From an uncultured Candidatus Rokubacteria bacterium (lineage in GTDB: Bacteria > Methylomirabilota > Methylomirabilia > Rokubacteriales > CSP1-6), in NCBI GenBank assembly GCA_963771355.1, contig CAVYTA010000006.1:2240001-2304000 (forward strand): a stretch of DNA of 64,000 nt, written 5' to 3'. Below are positions 33,740 to 42,350 of this stretch, one piece after another (the stretch's first letter is position 1; the number at the start of each line of letters is the position of its first letter). Under the pieces are notes generated by a model that saw nothing but the letters and a program-made list of their open reading frames with translations, did no database searches and was not told the DNA's origin. Made by a program: the position numbers and the translations under genes.

Positions 33740-34009
33740 ATGCCTGACCAGGCGCGGCTGCGAGAACACGCGCGCGCGGCGATCCGCAGGGGAAAATTAC
33801 CGGCGCGGGCGCCTGATCGCACCTGGGGCGGCCGCGGTGTAGGGGCTCCCTGCTCGGTTTGCGAACTCCTCGTCTCCACGGACCAGGCGGAAATCGAGAT
33901 CGAGTTCGCCCATGACGGCAGCGCCCCCGGACTAGAGAAGCATCACGTCCATCCACGGTGCTTCGCGGCGTGGGACCTCGAGCGGACGGGAGGCACCTGG
34001 CAGCCGTAG
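33740..34009 (+). CDS. 89-aa CxxC/HxxC putative Zn-binding protein
   Basis: WGGRGVGAPCSVCE...HVHPRCFAAW; 6 nt after copy 2. Confidence 0.7.
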   Translation: MPDQARLREHARAAIRRGKLPARAPDRTWGGRGVGAPCSVCELLVSTDQAEIEIEFAHDGSAPGLEKHHVHPRCFAAWDLERTGGTWQP

Positions 34010-34031
34010 CCCGCCCCTGGCTGCCCGGGTG

Positions 34032-34448
34032 TCAAATGCCCGACCGCGCGGGATCCACGAAGCGGAAGTAGACCAGCGGGATCAGGTAGAACAGGAGCAG
34101 CTGGCCCGACGCCATGCGCAGGGAGCCGGCCTCGGAGAGTAGGGTGAGGCCGAAGTTGAGCACGGAGTAGGCGGCGGTGGCGGCCAGCAGCCCGCGGAGC
34201 GGCGGCGGCACGTGGCCGGCGAGGGCGCGCCAGTCGTAGAAGTGGAGGTGCTTCCACCGCCGTGCCGGCGTGTCGGCGCGGCGCAGCCGGATCAGCATGG
34301 CGCCGAGGAGCGCGAAGGCGCCGGCGAGGAGCCCCACCACCCATCTGTCGTCGATCCGCTCCGCCAGCGGCGTGAAGCTCGCCAGGTGCAGGAGCGCGCT
34401 GGCGCCGAAGCCCACCGCCGCCGCCGCGTGGAGCACGCGCCCGAGCAT
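34032..34448 (-). CDS. Hypothetical membrane protein
   Basis: Three to four hydrophobic segments; ATG at 34448 after GAGG. Confidence 0.7.
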   Translation of the reverse strand: MLGRVLHAAAAVGFGASALLHLASFTPLAERIDDRWVVGLLAGAFALLGAMLIRLRRADTPARRWKHLHFYDWRALAGHVPPPLRGLLAATAAYSVLNFGLTLLSEAGSLRMASGQLLLFYLIPLVYFRFVDPARSGI

Positions 34449-34504
34449 GGCCTCTTCTATCACGGAAATTGACGCCTCCCGGCGGCGGTCGGTATGATCG
34501 CTCG

Positions 34505-35932
34505 GTGGCACGTCCCAGCGCGAAGTTCTGGCTCTTCCTCGTCCTCATTCCCGCGCTCGCGATCGTGGGGGGCGTCTCCGTGCTCGCCTGGCGGCAAACC
34601 GTGCCCGGCGTCAAGGCGGAGCTCGTGCCCATCCCGCGCTTCCTCGGCGTGAAGACCCCGCTCACGGTGGTGCTGCGCGCGGCCAAGGGCGGCCTGGTGA
34701 GCGCGGAGCTGCGGCTCGTGCAGGGCCAGGGACGCGTGGTCCTGGCGAGCCCCACCTTCACCGGCGGGCCCGCCGAGCAGCGCCTCGATCTCACGGTGGA
34801 GGGACGCAGCACGGGGCTGCGCGAGGGGCAGGCGACGCTGGAGGTCCGTGCGCGTGACAACTACTGGCGGCTCCTCCGCGTCGACGACCGTCCGGTCCTC
34901 ACCCTGCCGGTGACGCTCGACTTCTCGCCGCCCACGCTGGAAGTGCTGGGGAGCACGCGCTATCTGACCCGGGGCGGCGGCGGACTCGTCGCGCTGCGCG
35001 CCCGGGGCGCCTCGCGCGTGGGCGTCAACGCCGGCGGCGTCTTCTTCCCCGCCGTTCCCGCCGGCGTCGAGGGCTCGGGCACCATGGTGGCCATGCTCGC
35101 GCTGCCGTGGGACCTGCCCGCGGGCGCCACCATCAGCGTGCTCGCCCAGGACGAGGCCGGCAACACGGTGACGCGCGGCGTGCCGGCGGAGATCAAGGCC
35201 CGGCGCTTCCCCACCGACACCATCGAGCTGAAGGAGGAGTTCCTCCGGCAGAAGGTGGCGGAGCTCCTTCCCGAGAAGGCCAACGCGGGCCCCGCCGAGA
35301 TCATTCCCGCCTTTCTCCGGATCAACCGCGAGCAGCGCAAGGCCGCGGAGCAGACCAAGCGCGAGCTCGCCGCCCGCAGCCAGCCGCGACCCCTGTGGGA
35401 GGGGGCCTTCGTGCAGCCGCGCAACACCAAGGTGTTCTCGAACTTCGCGGAGACGCGCTCCTACCGCTACGAGGGGCGCGAGGTGGACGTGCAGGTGCAC
35501 CTGGGCTACGACCTCGCCTCCAGCCGGCACAGCCCGGTGCCGGCCGCCAATTCGGGAGTGGTGATCTTCGCGGCGCCGCTCACCATCTACGGCAACACGG
35601 TGGTGCTGGACCATGGCTGGGGGCTGCAGACCCTCTACGCCCACCTCTCCTCGGTCACGGTGAAGGACGGCAACACCGTGCAGAAGGGGCAGGAGCTGGG
35701 CCGCACCGGCACCACCGGGCTCGCGGTGGGCGATCACCTCCACTACGAAGTCCTGATCCACGGTATCCCGGTGACGCCGCTCGAGTGGTGGGACGGCCGC
35801 TGGATCCGCGACCACATCGGCCGGCCGCTGCGGGACGCAAGCCTGCCCGCGGCGATGGCGGGCACCGCGCCCCCCTCCGAGGACGACGACCGCTCCGCGG
35901 CGCGCCGCCGGCGCGGCGACCGGAGCCGCTGA
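34505..35932 (+). CDS. M23 family metallopeptidase, membrane-anchored
   Basis: HLGYD (HxxxD), YGNTVVLDHG, YAHL, HLHYE; N-terminal TM; TTGACG-N18-TATGAT immediately upstream of GTG. Confidence 0.92.
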   Translation: MARPSAKFWLFLVLIPALAIVGGVSVLAWRQTVPGVKAELVPIPRFLGVKTPLTVVLRAAKGGLVSAELRLVQGQGRVVLASPTFTGGPAEQRLDLTVEGRSTGLREGQATLEVRARDNYWRLLRVDDRPVLTLPVTLDFSPPTLEVLGSTRYLTRGGGGLVALRARGASRVGVNAGGVFFPAVPAGVEGSGTMVAMLALPWDLPAGATISVLAQDEAGNTVTRGVPAEIKARRFPTDTIELKEEFLRQKVAELLPEKANAGPAEIIPAFLRINREQRKAAEQTKRELAARSQPRPLWEGAFVQPRNTKVFSNFAETRSYRYEGREVDVQVHLGYDLASSRHSPVPAANSGVVIFAAPLTIYGNTVVLDHGWGLQTLYAHLSSVTVKDGNTVQKGQELGRTGTTGLAVGDHLHYEVLIHGIPVTPLEWWDGRWIRDHIGRPLRDASLPAAMAGTAPPSEDDDRSAARRRRGDRSR

Positions 35933-35939
35933 GGGCGCG

Positions 35940-37259
35940 TCAGCGCGGCCCCGGCATCATCTGCCGGGGCAGCCAGAGGGCCAAGTCCGGGAACGCGAAC
36001 AGCAGCGCCACCAGCACGATCATCAACACCACATAGGGCGTGGTGCCGACGGTGATGTCCCGCGCGCGGCTGCCCGGCATGAGGTTCTGGATCACGAAGA
36101 GGTTGAGCCCCACCGGAGGCGTGATGAACCCGATCTCCAGCCACACCACCATGATGATGCCGAACCACACCGGGTCGAAGCCGAGACCGGTGATGAGCGG
36201 AAAGAGGATGGGGAGCAGGATGATCATCACCGACAGCTCCTCCAGCGCGTAGGCGATCACGAGGAGGAAGGCGAACACCGCGGTGAAGAAGGCCCACTTG
36301 GGCAGCCCGAGGCCGGTGACCAGGGCCAGCAGCGCCTTGGGCGCGCCGAGGAGCGCGATCACGTGGGAGAAGATCGCCGCGAAGACGATGATGAGCATGA
36401 CCATGGCGGTGGTGCGCACCGTCTCCTGGAACGCCTGGTTCAAGGTGGCCCAGGAGAGGTTGCCGTACCAGCGCGCCAGCACCAGGCTGACCACGGTACC
36501 GAGCGCGGCCGCCTCCGTCGGCGTCACGATGCCGATATACATGGAGCCGAGCACGGTGAAGATCAGGATGGCGACGGGCGCCACCTCGCCGAAGGACTTG
36601 AGCTTTTCCCTGAAGGTCCCGCTGTCCGACGCGATCCGCGGCGCCGATTCCGGCCAGAAAGCCGCATAGCCGATCGCCCAACCCGCGAAGAGCAGCGCCA
36701 GCAGGGCGCCGGGGACGATGCCGGCCATGTAGAGGTGGCCGACCGAGGTCTCCGTCATCACGCCGTAGATGATCATGGGCACCGAGGGCGGGATGAGGAT
36801 GCCGAGCGTCCCGCCGGCCGCGATGGCGCCGATGATGAGCGGCTTCGCATACCCCCGCCGCTCCATCTCGGGAATGGCGATCATGCCGATGGTGGCGGCG
36901 GTGGCGACGCTGGAGCCCGACACCGCCGCGAAGATGGCGCAGGAGAAGATGCTCGCCACCGCGAGCCCGCCGGGGAGGAAGCCCACCCAGCGCGCCACCG
37001 CGGTGAAGAGTCCCTTGCCGATGCCCGAGTGCAGAAGGATGCCGCTCATGAAGACGAAGAGGGGGACGGCGACGAAGGTGAAGCTGGTCGCGTTGGACCA
37101 GGCGATGGAGCCCACCACCCCGAGCCCCACCGTCCAGCCCTTGAGGTAGAGCAGCCCCAGGACGCCCACAATGCCCATCGCGAGGGCGATCTCCATCCCC
37201 ATCGCGAAGAGGAGGAACATCAGCGCGACGAGCAGCGCGCCGAGGCCGGCCTCGCTCAC
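35940..37259 (-). CDS. dctM: TRAP transporter large permease
   Basis: AVPLFVFM, FAAVSGSSVATAA, GTLGILIPPS, GIVTPTEAA, ITPPVGLNLFV. Confidence 0.95.
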   Translation of the reverse strand: MSEAGLGALLVALMFLLFAMGMEIALAMGIVGVLGLLYLKGWTVGLGVVGSIAWSNATSFTFVAVPLFVFMSGILLHSGIGKGLFTAVARWVGFLPGGLAVASIFSCAIFAAVSGSSVATAATIGMIAIPEMERRGYAKPLIIGAIAAGGTLGILIPPSVPMIIYGVMTETSVGHLYMAGIVPGALLALLFAGWAIGYAAFWPESAPRIASDSGTFREKLKSFGEVAPVAILIFTVLGSMYIGIVTPTEAAALGTVVSLVLARWYGNLSWATLNQAFQETVRTTAMVMLIIVFAAIFSHVIALLGAPKALLALVTGLGLPKWAFFTAVFAFLLVIAYALEELSVMIILLPILFPLITGLGFDPVWFGIIMVVWLEIGFITPPVGLNLFVIQNLMPGSRARDITVGTTPYVVLMIVLVALLFAFPDLALWLPRQMMPGPR

Positions 37260-37768
37260 CCGGTCTCCGTCGTGGGCGGCACCTCGTCGCGGCGGTCCCG
37301 CGGACCCAGCGCGGCCCGCAGCTGACGGCGGAGCGTCCCCACCATGCACAGCGCCATCAGCAGGAGGCCGGCGGGAATGAGGAGCATCGGCACCCAGAGC
37401 GGGTAGAGCAGCACCGCGGAGACGCGACCGTAGCGGTACGCGGTGAGCGCCGACTGGGAAGTGACCCAGATGACCACCGCGAGGAAGACGAGACCCAGCG
37501 CGAGGTTGAGGAGCCGCAGCCACGCGCGCGCCGCCGGCGGCAGGTGGGACGTCACCAGGTCCATGCGCACGTGGCCGCCCACGCGGTAGGTCTGGGCGGC
37601 GGCGCCGAACACCACCAGGAGCAGGAGGAAGGGACCGATCTCGTCCACGATGAGCTGCGGACGGTTGAAGAAGTACCGCATGAGGACGTCGAAGGAGATG
37701 AGCAGGGCCAGGACCAGGGTGGCCAGTCCCGACACCAGCGCCGACGCTTTCGACGCCCTCCCGATCAC
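37256..37768 (-). CDS. dctQ: TRAP transporter small permease
   Basis: DVLMRYFFNRP, GHVRMD, four TM helices. Confidence 0.92.
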   Translation of the reverse strand: MIGRASKASALVSGLATLVLALLISFDVLMRYFFNRPQLIVDEIGPFLLLLVVFGAAAQTYRVGGHVRMDLVTSHLPPAARAWLRLLNLALGLVFLAVVIWVTSQSALTAYRYGRVSAVLLYPLWVPMLLIPAGLLLMALCMVGTLRRQLRAALGPRDRRDEVPPTTETG

Positions 37769-37778
37769 GCGGGCGTGA

Positions 37779-38804
37779 CTATCGGCCCAGCGCCTTCAAC
37801 GCGAGCTCCAGGCCCCGCTTGCCGTCGGCCCCCGTGCGCTGAAGCCAGGTGTCCCAGGCGGCTCTGGCGATCTGCCGCGCCTTCGCCAGCTCGTCCTTGG
37901 ACGGCTCGACGATGGTCATGCCCAGCTCGGGCAGCCGCTTGCGCGTGCGCTCCTCGGCGGCGGCGGCGTCCTGCCACTCCTTCTCCTCGAGGTTGGACTC
38001 CTTGACCGCGTCCAGCACCGCCGCCTGGAGATCCTTGGGGAGTCCGTCCCACGCCTTCTGATTGGCCACCAGCCACTCCTGCGCGGCGCCGGCGAGGTAC
38101 CAGTAGTCGAGGAACTTCGCCACCTCGAAGAACTTCATGGGCTCGGCGTTGGTGGCGGAGGTCATGGCTCCGTCCACCGTCTTCTTCTCCAGCGCGGAGT
38201 ACACCTCGCCGAAGGCGATGTTGACCGGCGACCCGCCCAGCAGGCGGGTGACGTTGGCGGAGTCGGCGCCGTACACGCGGATCTTCTTGCCCTTCCAGTC
38301 GGCCACGGTGCGGATGGGCACGGTGGAGAAGATCTGCTGCGACGGCCACGTGTTGATGGAGAGGAGCTTGAGGCCCTTCCGGGCCAGCATCTCGGTGTAG
38401 AAGGGCCGGAGCTGCATCGCCGCCTTCTTGTGCTCCTCGATGCTCGACGTCATGAACGGCAGCTCCAGCGGCCCCATCTCCAGGAGCACGTCGGTGAGGT
38501 ACGACGCCAGTACCGTGCCCACCTCGGAGCGGCCGTCGAGGACGGCGGGGATCAGCTCCGGCCCCGGGTAGAGCGAGGAGGCGGGGTGGACGCGGATCTC
38601 CATCCGGCCGCCCGACTTCTCCTTCAGCTTGGCGGCGAAGGCATTGTAGTTCACGGTGTGGTAGTAGGTCGGCGCCGCCACCGTGGGGAGGTTCCACACG
38701 ATCGGCTTCGCCTGGGCGCCCACGGGCGCCGGCGTCAGGGTGGCCCCGCCCGCCAGCACGGCGAGGACGGCGAGCACCGCGCTCAGATACGCGAGCTTCT
38801 TCAT
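37779..38804 (-). CDS. dctP: TRAP transporter substrate-binding protein
   Basis: Signal peptide; KSGGRMEI, ELPF, GKKIRV, FGEVYSALEKKTVDG. Confidence 0.93.
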   Translation of the reverse strand: MKKLAYLSAVLAVLAVLAGGATLTPAPVGAQAKPIVWNLPTVAAPTYYHTVNYNAFAAKLKEKSGGRMEIRVHPASSLYPGPELIPAVLDGRSEVGTVLASYLTDVLLEMGPLELPFMTSSIEEHKKAAMQLRPFYTEMLARKGLKLLSINTWPSQQIFSTVPIRTVADWKGKKIRVYGADSANVTRLLGGSPVNIAFGEVYSALEKKTVDGAMTSATNAEPMKFFEVAKFLDYWYLAGAAQEWLVANQKAWDGLPKDLQAAVLDAVKESNLEEKEWQDAAAAEERTRKRLPELGMTIVEPSKDELAKARQIARAAWDTWLQRTGADGKRGLELALKALGR

Positions 38805-38821
38805 CGAATGCCCCTTTCGCG

Positions 38822-39334
38822 TCAGACCGGTTCGACCAGCTTGGTGAGCATCTCGCCGAGCGCCGCTTCCGCCTTCCGCCGCTGATCCTCCGCGGTCTCC
38901 CCGCCCTTGCGGTGGGGGATCACCACCAGCGCGAGGTCAGGCACCGCTTGCAGCTTCGCCTGCATCCGGGCGGCCTTCTCGAAGTTGTCCCACACCACCG
39001 TCACCGTGTGTATCCCTCGCTTCTCCAGCGAGGCGGCGTCGAGCACACTGCCCGACGTGCACGACCCTCAGAGGCCGATGCCGACGACGGCGACGTCGGC
39101 CTGCGCGGCCTCCTCGATGAGGGAGGGCGGCGAGGGCGCGGTGCCCGACGGCTTCACCAGGCGCTTCACGGTGGCGCCCGCGCGCTCGGCCAGCAGGGTC
39201 TCGAGCCGCGTGGTGAACGGAATGTCGAGGTTGTCGTCCACGATGGCCACCGTGGCCCCCGCCAGCCCGCGGAGGCGGCGCTTGGCGGCGGGTCCTTCCA
39301 CCGCGCTGGACCAGACTGGGCTCAAGATCTCCAT
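38822..39334 (-). CDS. UGSC-family selenoprotein (170 aa; in-frame UGA at 39068-39070 read as Sec89)
   Basis: GGAG RBS + ATG 39334; frame stays open through TGA: ...VGIGL-TGA-GGG-TCG-TGC-ACG = L-U-G-S-C-T-S-G-S-V-L-D-A-A-S-L-E-K-R-G-I; hairpin right after UGA. Confidence 0.85.
39038..39065 (-). promoter_or_regulatory. Candidate bacterial SECIS hairpin
   Basis: GTCG-T-GCAC-[GTCGGGCAGT]-GTGC-T-CGAC begins 2 nt after the UGA. Confidence 0.55.
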
Positions 39335-39348
39335 GTCGTCGTTCTCCT

Positions 39349-40428
39349 TCAGCGGCCGCCGGGCCGCCGGATCTGGCGCGTGACCGCGTACCCGCCGAAA
39401 CCGCCCCAGCCCGGCAAGACCGCGGCGAAGTAGCTCCGGCCGCCCGCCACCACGATGTGGATGTCCTCCGGGTCGCGGGTCACCGGCACCCGCGTGGTGG
39501 GATTGACCAGGTCGTAGCGCAGGGGGTACCGGCCGGCGTCCTGCTCCATCTTGCGGAACTGCTCGTGGACGACGCCGCAGGCCCGCACGTCGCCGATCGG
39601 GCGGCGGGCGTGCTCCCACAGGTACTGCCGCACGTCCCCCTTGCTCCAGCCACGCTTGGCGAACTCCTCCGCGTTGAGCGGGTTCAGGGTCACCAGCATC
39701 TGCCCCATCACATGCATGTTGTTGTTGCCGAGCGAGCACATGGAGTCCGTCAGCACGTGCAGCATCTCCTCCGGCGTGCCGTAGCAGAATACGCTATGGG
39801 GTCCCTCGCAGGCAAAGACGGTGACCGCGTCCGAGCCCGGCGGGCAGCCGCGATCCACATGCAGCGGCGTCCAGGGATTGTCCTCCTCCTCCTCCGCGAT
39901 GCAGAAGGCGTACTCCCCCGGATGCGAGAGGGTGGACTTGTCGGTATCCCACGGCGTCGCGCCGCCCAGGTTCCAGAGGGCCAGGCGCACCGCCCGCCCC
40001 ACCGCGGCATTGGCCCGGTAGCCGTTGCCGAACACGCCGTCGCGCGAGTTGAAGTTGAGCGCGCGCGCGATGGGGCCGTTGACGATGACCAGCGAGACGC
40101 ACATGTGGGTGGTCTGGCTCACCCCGTTCAGGTTGTGGGCGGGATCGAGGAGCGCCTCCATGGCGGCGAGCACGACGGGAAAGTGCTCCGGACGGCAGCC
40201 CCCCATCACCGCGTTGATGGCGAGCTTCTCGACGGTGGCGGCGCCCCCCTTCGGCGGCACCGGCCCCAGGCTCTCCTGCGCGTCCCGCCCCACGTGGGCG
40301 ATGAGAGCCTCCACCCGGCGAGGCGTGGGAAGCACCACCGGCAGACCGTCCGTCCAGCCCCGCGTGAAGAACAGCTCGACCGCGTCCTCGTACTCGTCGA
40401 TGTTCAGGCGCTCTGATACCAGGTTCAT
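39349..40428 (-). CDS. Conserved uncharacterised protein, partner of UGSC-family proteins
   Basis: GWTDGLPVVLPT, ATVEKLAINAVMGGCRPE, NGP...NS...G.G.RANA..GRA, E.EE.NPW; family recalled as adjacent or fused to UGSC proteins. Confidence 0.8.
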   Translation of the reverse strand: MNLVSERLNIDEYEDAVELFFTRGWTDGLPVVLPTPRRVEALIAHVGRDAQESLGPVPPKGGAATVEKLAINAVMGGCRPEHFPVVLAAMEALLDPAHNLNGVSQTTHMCVSLVIVNGPIARALNFNSRDGVFGNGYRANAAVGRAVRLALWNLGGATPWDTDKSTLSHPGEYAFCIAEEEEDNPWTPLHVDRGCPPGSDAVTVFACEGPHSVFCYGTPEEMLHVLTDSMCSLGNNNMHVMGQMLVTLNPLNAEEFAKRGWSKGDVRQYLWEHARRPIGDVRACGVVHEQFRKMEQDAGRYPLRYDLVNPTTRVPVTRDPEDIHIVVAGGRSYFAAVLPGWGGFGGYAVTRQIRRPGGR

Positions 40429-41468
40429 GGGTGTCCTCCCTCGTCACACGCCCGCGGCACCACCTCCCGCCCCCAGCGCTCGATGAAACGGCGCGGCTCG
40501 CGGACGAAGCCCGTGAGCAGGAGCTGCGGCGCGCCCGCCGCCGCCGCGCTCCGAGCCGCGGCCGCGCATTCCTCCGGCGTGCCCGCGATGGCGAAGCGGT
40601 CGGCGAGATAGTCGGTCAGCCCCCAGCGGTCGGTGAGGCCCGCGTTGGGGGTGGCGCCCAGCACCTCATGATGGTGGGGCTCGTACTCCTTACGCAGGCC
40701 GCGCACCTGCTCGTGGAGATCAGGGGCGAGCCCCTTGCCCTCGAAGGTGAAGCGGAAGGCGTGGTTGGCGCTCGCCGCCAGCGCCATCTTGATCGGCTCC
40801 ACCGCCGCCGCGCGGCTTTCCGCCACGTTGGATTTCACGAGCCACCACACGTCGAGGTCCTCCACGCGCCGCCCCCCGTCGCGGGCGCCCGCGGCGATGG
40901 CCTCCCAGCTGAGGCGCACCACGTCCGGGGTGAGCCCCAAGCCCACGATGATGCCATCCGCCACGCGGCCGGCGAGCCGGAGCATCTCGGGCCCTTCCGC
41001 GGCGAGATAGATGGGGATGCGCCGCTTGGCGTGACGCACCCGCCAGATATGCCCGCCGTGCTCCACCGGCTCGCCCGCGGTGAGCCGGTTCGCCGTGGCC
41101 ACCGCCTCCTCCAGCGCGGCGCGGGTGGCGGGCGCCGCGCCCACCGTATAGAGCGCGCTGTCTCCCGACCCCAGCCCGAGAACGGCGCGGCCGTCCGAGA
41201 CCTCGTCGAGGCTCGAGATCGCACTGGCGGTCACCACCGGATGCCGCGTCACTGGATTGCTCACGAGCGGCCCCAGGCGCGCGCGGCGGGTGGCCAGGGC
41301 GGCCACGGTGAGGCTCACGTACGCCTCGCGGAAGACCGACTGCGAGTCGCCGACCCCGAGGAGCTCGAAGCCGGCGTCCTCCGCCTCGCGGCAGGTGGCG
41401 CCGAACTCGCTCAGGACTTCGGGAAGCAGGATGAGGCCGAAACGGACGCGCGAGGCGCCCGCCGGCAT
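40425..41468 (-). CDS. LLM-class (luciferase-like) flavin/F420-dependent oxidoreductase
   Basis: AEDAGF, V.NPVTRHP, SDGRAVLGLGSGD, IPIYLAA.GP..LRLAGRVADG. Confidence 0.92.
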   Translation of the reverse strand: MPAGASRVRFGLILLPEVLSEFGATCREAEDAGFELLGVGDSQSVFREAYVSLTVAALATRRARLGPLVSNPVTRHPVVTASAISSLDEVSDGRAVLGLGSGDSALYTVGAAPATRAALEEAVATANRLTAGEPVEHGGHIWRVRHAKRRIPIYLAAEGPEMLRLAGRVADGIIVGLGLTPDVVRLSWEAIAAGARDGGRRVEDLDVWWLVKSNVAESRAAAVEPIKMALAASANHAFRFTFEGKGLAPDLHEQVRGLRKEYEPHHHEVLGATPNAGLTDRWGLTDYLADRFAIAGTPEECAAAARSAAAAGAPQLLLTGFVREPRRFIERWGREVVPRACDEGGHP

Positions 41469-41469
41469 C

Positions 41470-42291
41470 TCAACGCGCCTCGCCCGGCCGATCGGCGGCG
41501 CCCAGCACTCGCGAGAGCGACCGCGCGGTGTCCTTGACCTGCTTGGCGAGGCGCGCGAAGTTCGCGTTCATCCGCGCGCTCGGGCCGGCCACCACCAGCG
41601 CCGCGGTGAGCTGGCCCTCGCGGTCGAAGATGGGCGCGGAGATGCCCCCCGCTCCCTCCACCACTTCCTCGCGGGTCACCGAGAGCCCGGTACGCCGGAT
41701 CTCGGCCAGGTTGCGCTTGAGCGCGGCGCGGTCGGTGATGGTGTGTCGGGCCACCGGCTTGAGCCGCGTGGAGTGCAGGTACTCGTCCTGCGCCTCCGGC
41801 GTCATGTAGGCGAGGAAGAGCTTGCCGATGGCCGAGCAGTACAGCGGCCGGCGCTCGCCGAGGGAGACCGTGTAACGGAGCGGGTTCTGACTGTCCACCT
41901 TGTCGATGTAGACGGCCACCGGGGCGTCGGTGGCCAGGGTGCCGATGAGTGCGGTCTCGCCGCTGCGCTCCACCAGATCCTCGAGGAAGGGGCGCGCCAG
42001 CTCCGGGAGCTCGCGGCTGGACAGCGCCGCCATCGCGAAGGTGAAGGCGCCCGGACCCAGCCGGTAGCGGCTGTCGGCGCCGCGCACGAGATACCCCAGC
42101 CGGGTGAGCGAGCGCAGGAGATAGAAGAGGCTCGACTTGGGAGAGCCGAGCCGCTGGCTCAGCTCGCTGAGGGTCTCCCCTTCGCGGTGGCGCGCGAGGA
42201 CCTCCAGCGTTTGCAGCACGCGGCCGATGGCGCGCGGCCCCCCGTCGCGGGGTCGCTGGGCACTGCTTTCGGACTGGGTCTCGGTTCGCAT
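41470..42291 (-). CDS. IclR family transcriptional regulator
   Basis: HTH (LSELSQRLGSPKSSLFYLL), L...SGET, PLYCSAIGK, ISAPIFD. Confidence 0.95.
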   Translation of the reverse strand: MRTETQSESSAQRPRDGGPRAIGRVLQTLEVLARHREGETLSELSQRLGSPKSSLFYLLRSLTRLGYLVRGADSRYRLGPGAFTFAMAALSSRELPELARPFLEDLVERSGETALIGTLATDAPVAVYIDKVDSQNPLRYTVSLGERRPLYCSAIGKLFLAYMTPEAQDEYLHSTRLKPVARHTITDRAALKRNLAEIRRTGLSVTREEVVEGAGGISAPIFDREGQLTAALVVAGPSARMNANFARLAKQVKDTARSLSRVLGAADRPGEAR

Positions 42292-42350
42292 ATATGAAGT
42301 CGTATCGGAAGACCGAATTGCACACTACGCAGGCAGCCCGCGTGTGTCAA
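42284..42350 (-). promoter_or_regulatory. Sigma70 promoter and candidate IclR operators
   Basis: TTGACA (42350-42345)-N17-TAGTGT (42327-42322); imperfect palindromes TTCGGTCTTCCGAT and TTCATATATGCGAA between promoter and start codon. Confidence 0.55.

Larger units (their letters stand above)
31967..34042. mobile_element. Decayed integrative island bounded by a 14-bp direct repeat
   Basis: GTGTCAAATGCCCG at 31967-31980 and 34029-34042; contains an integrase remnant; visibly more A/T-rich than flanks. Confidence 0.55.

Noticed and set aside
38822..39046. Independent 74-aa gene (plus a truncated upstream gene)
   Set aside because: In frame with the upstream segment across a single TGA forming U-G-S-C; better explained as one selenoprotein.
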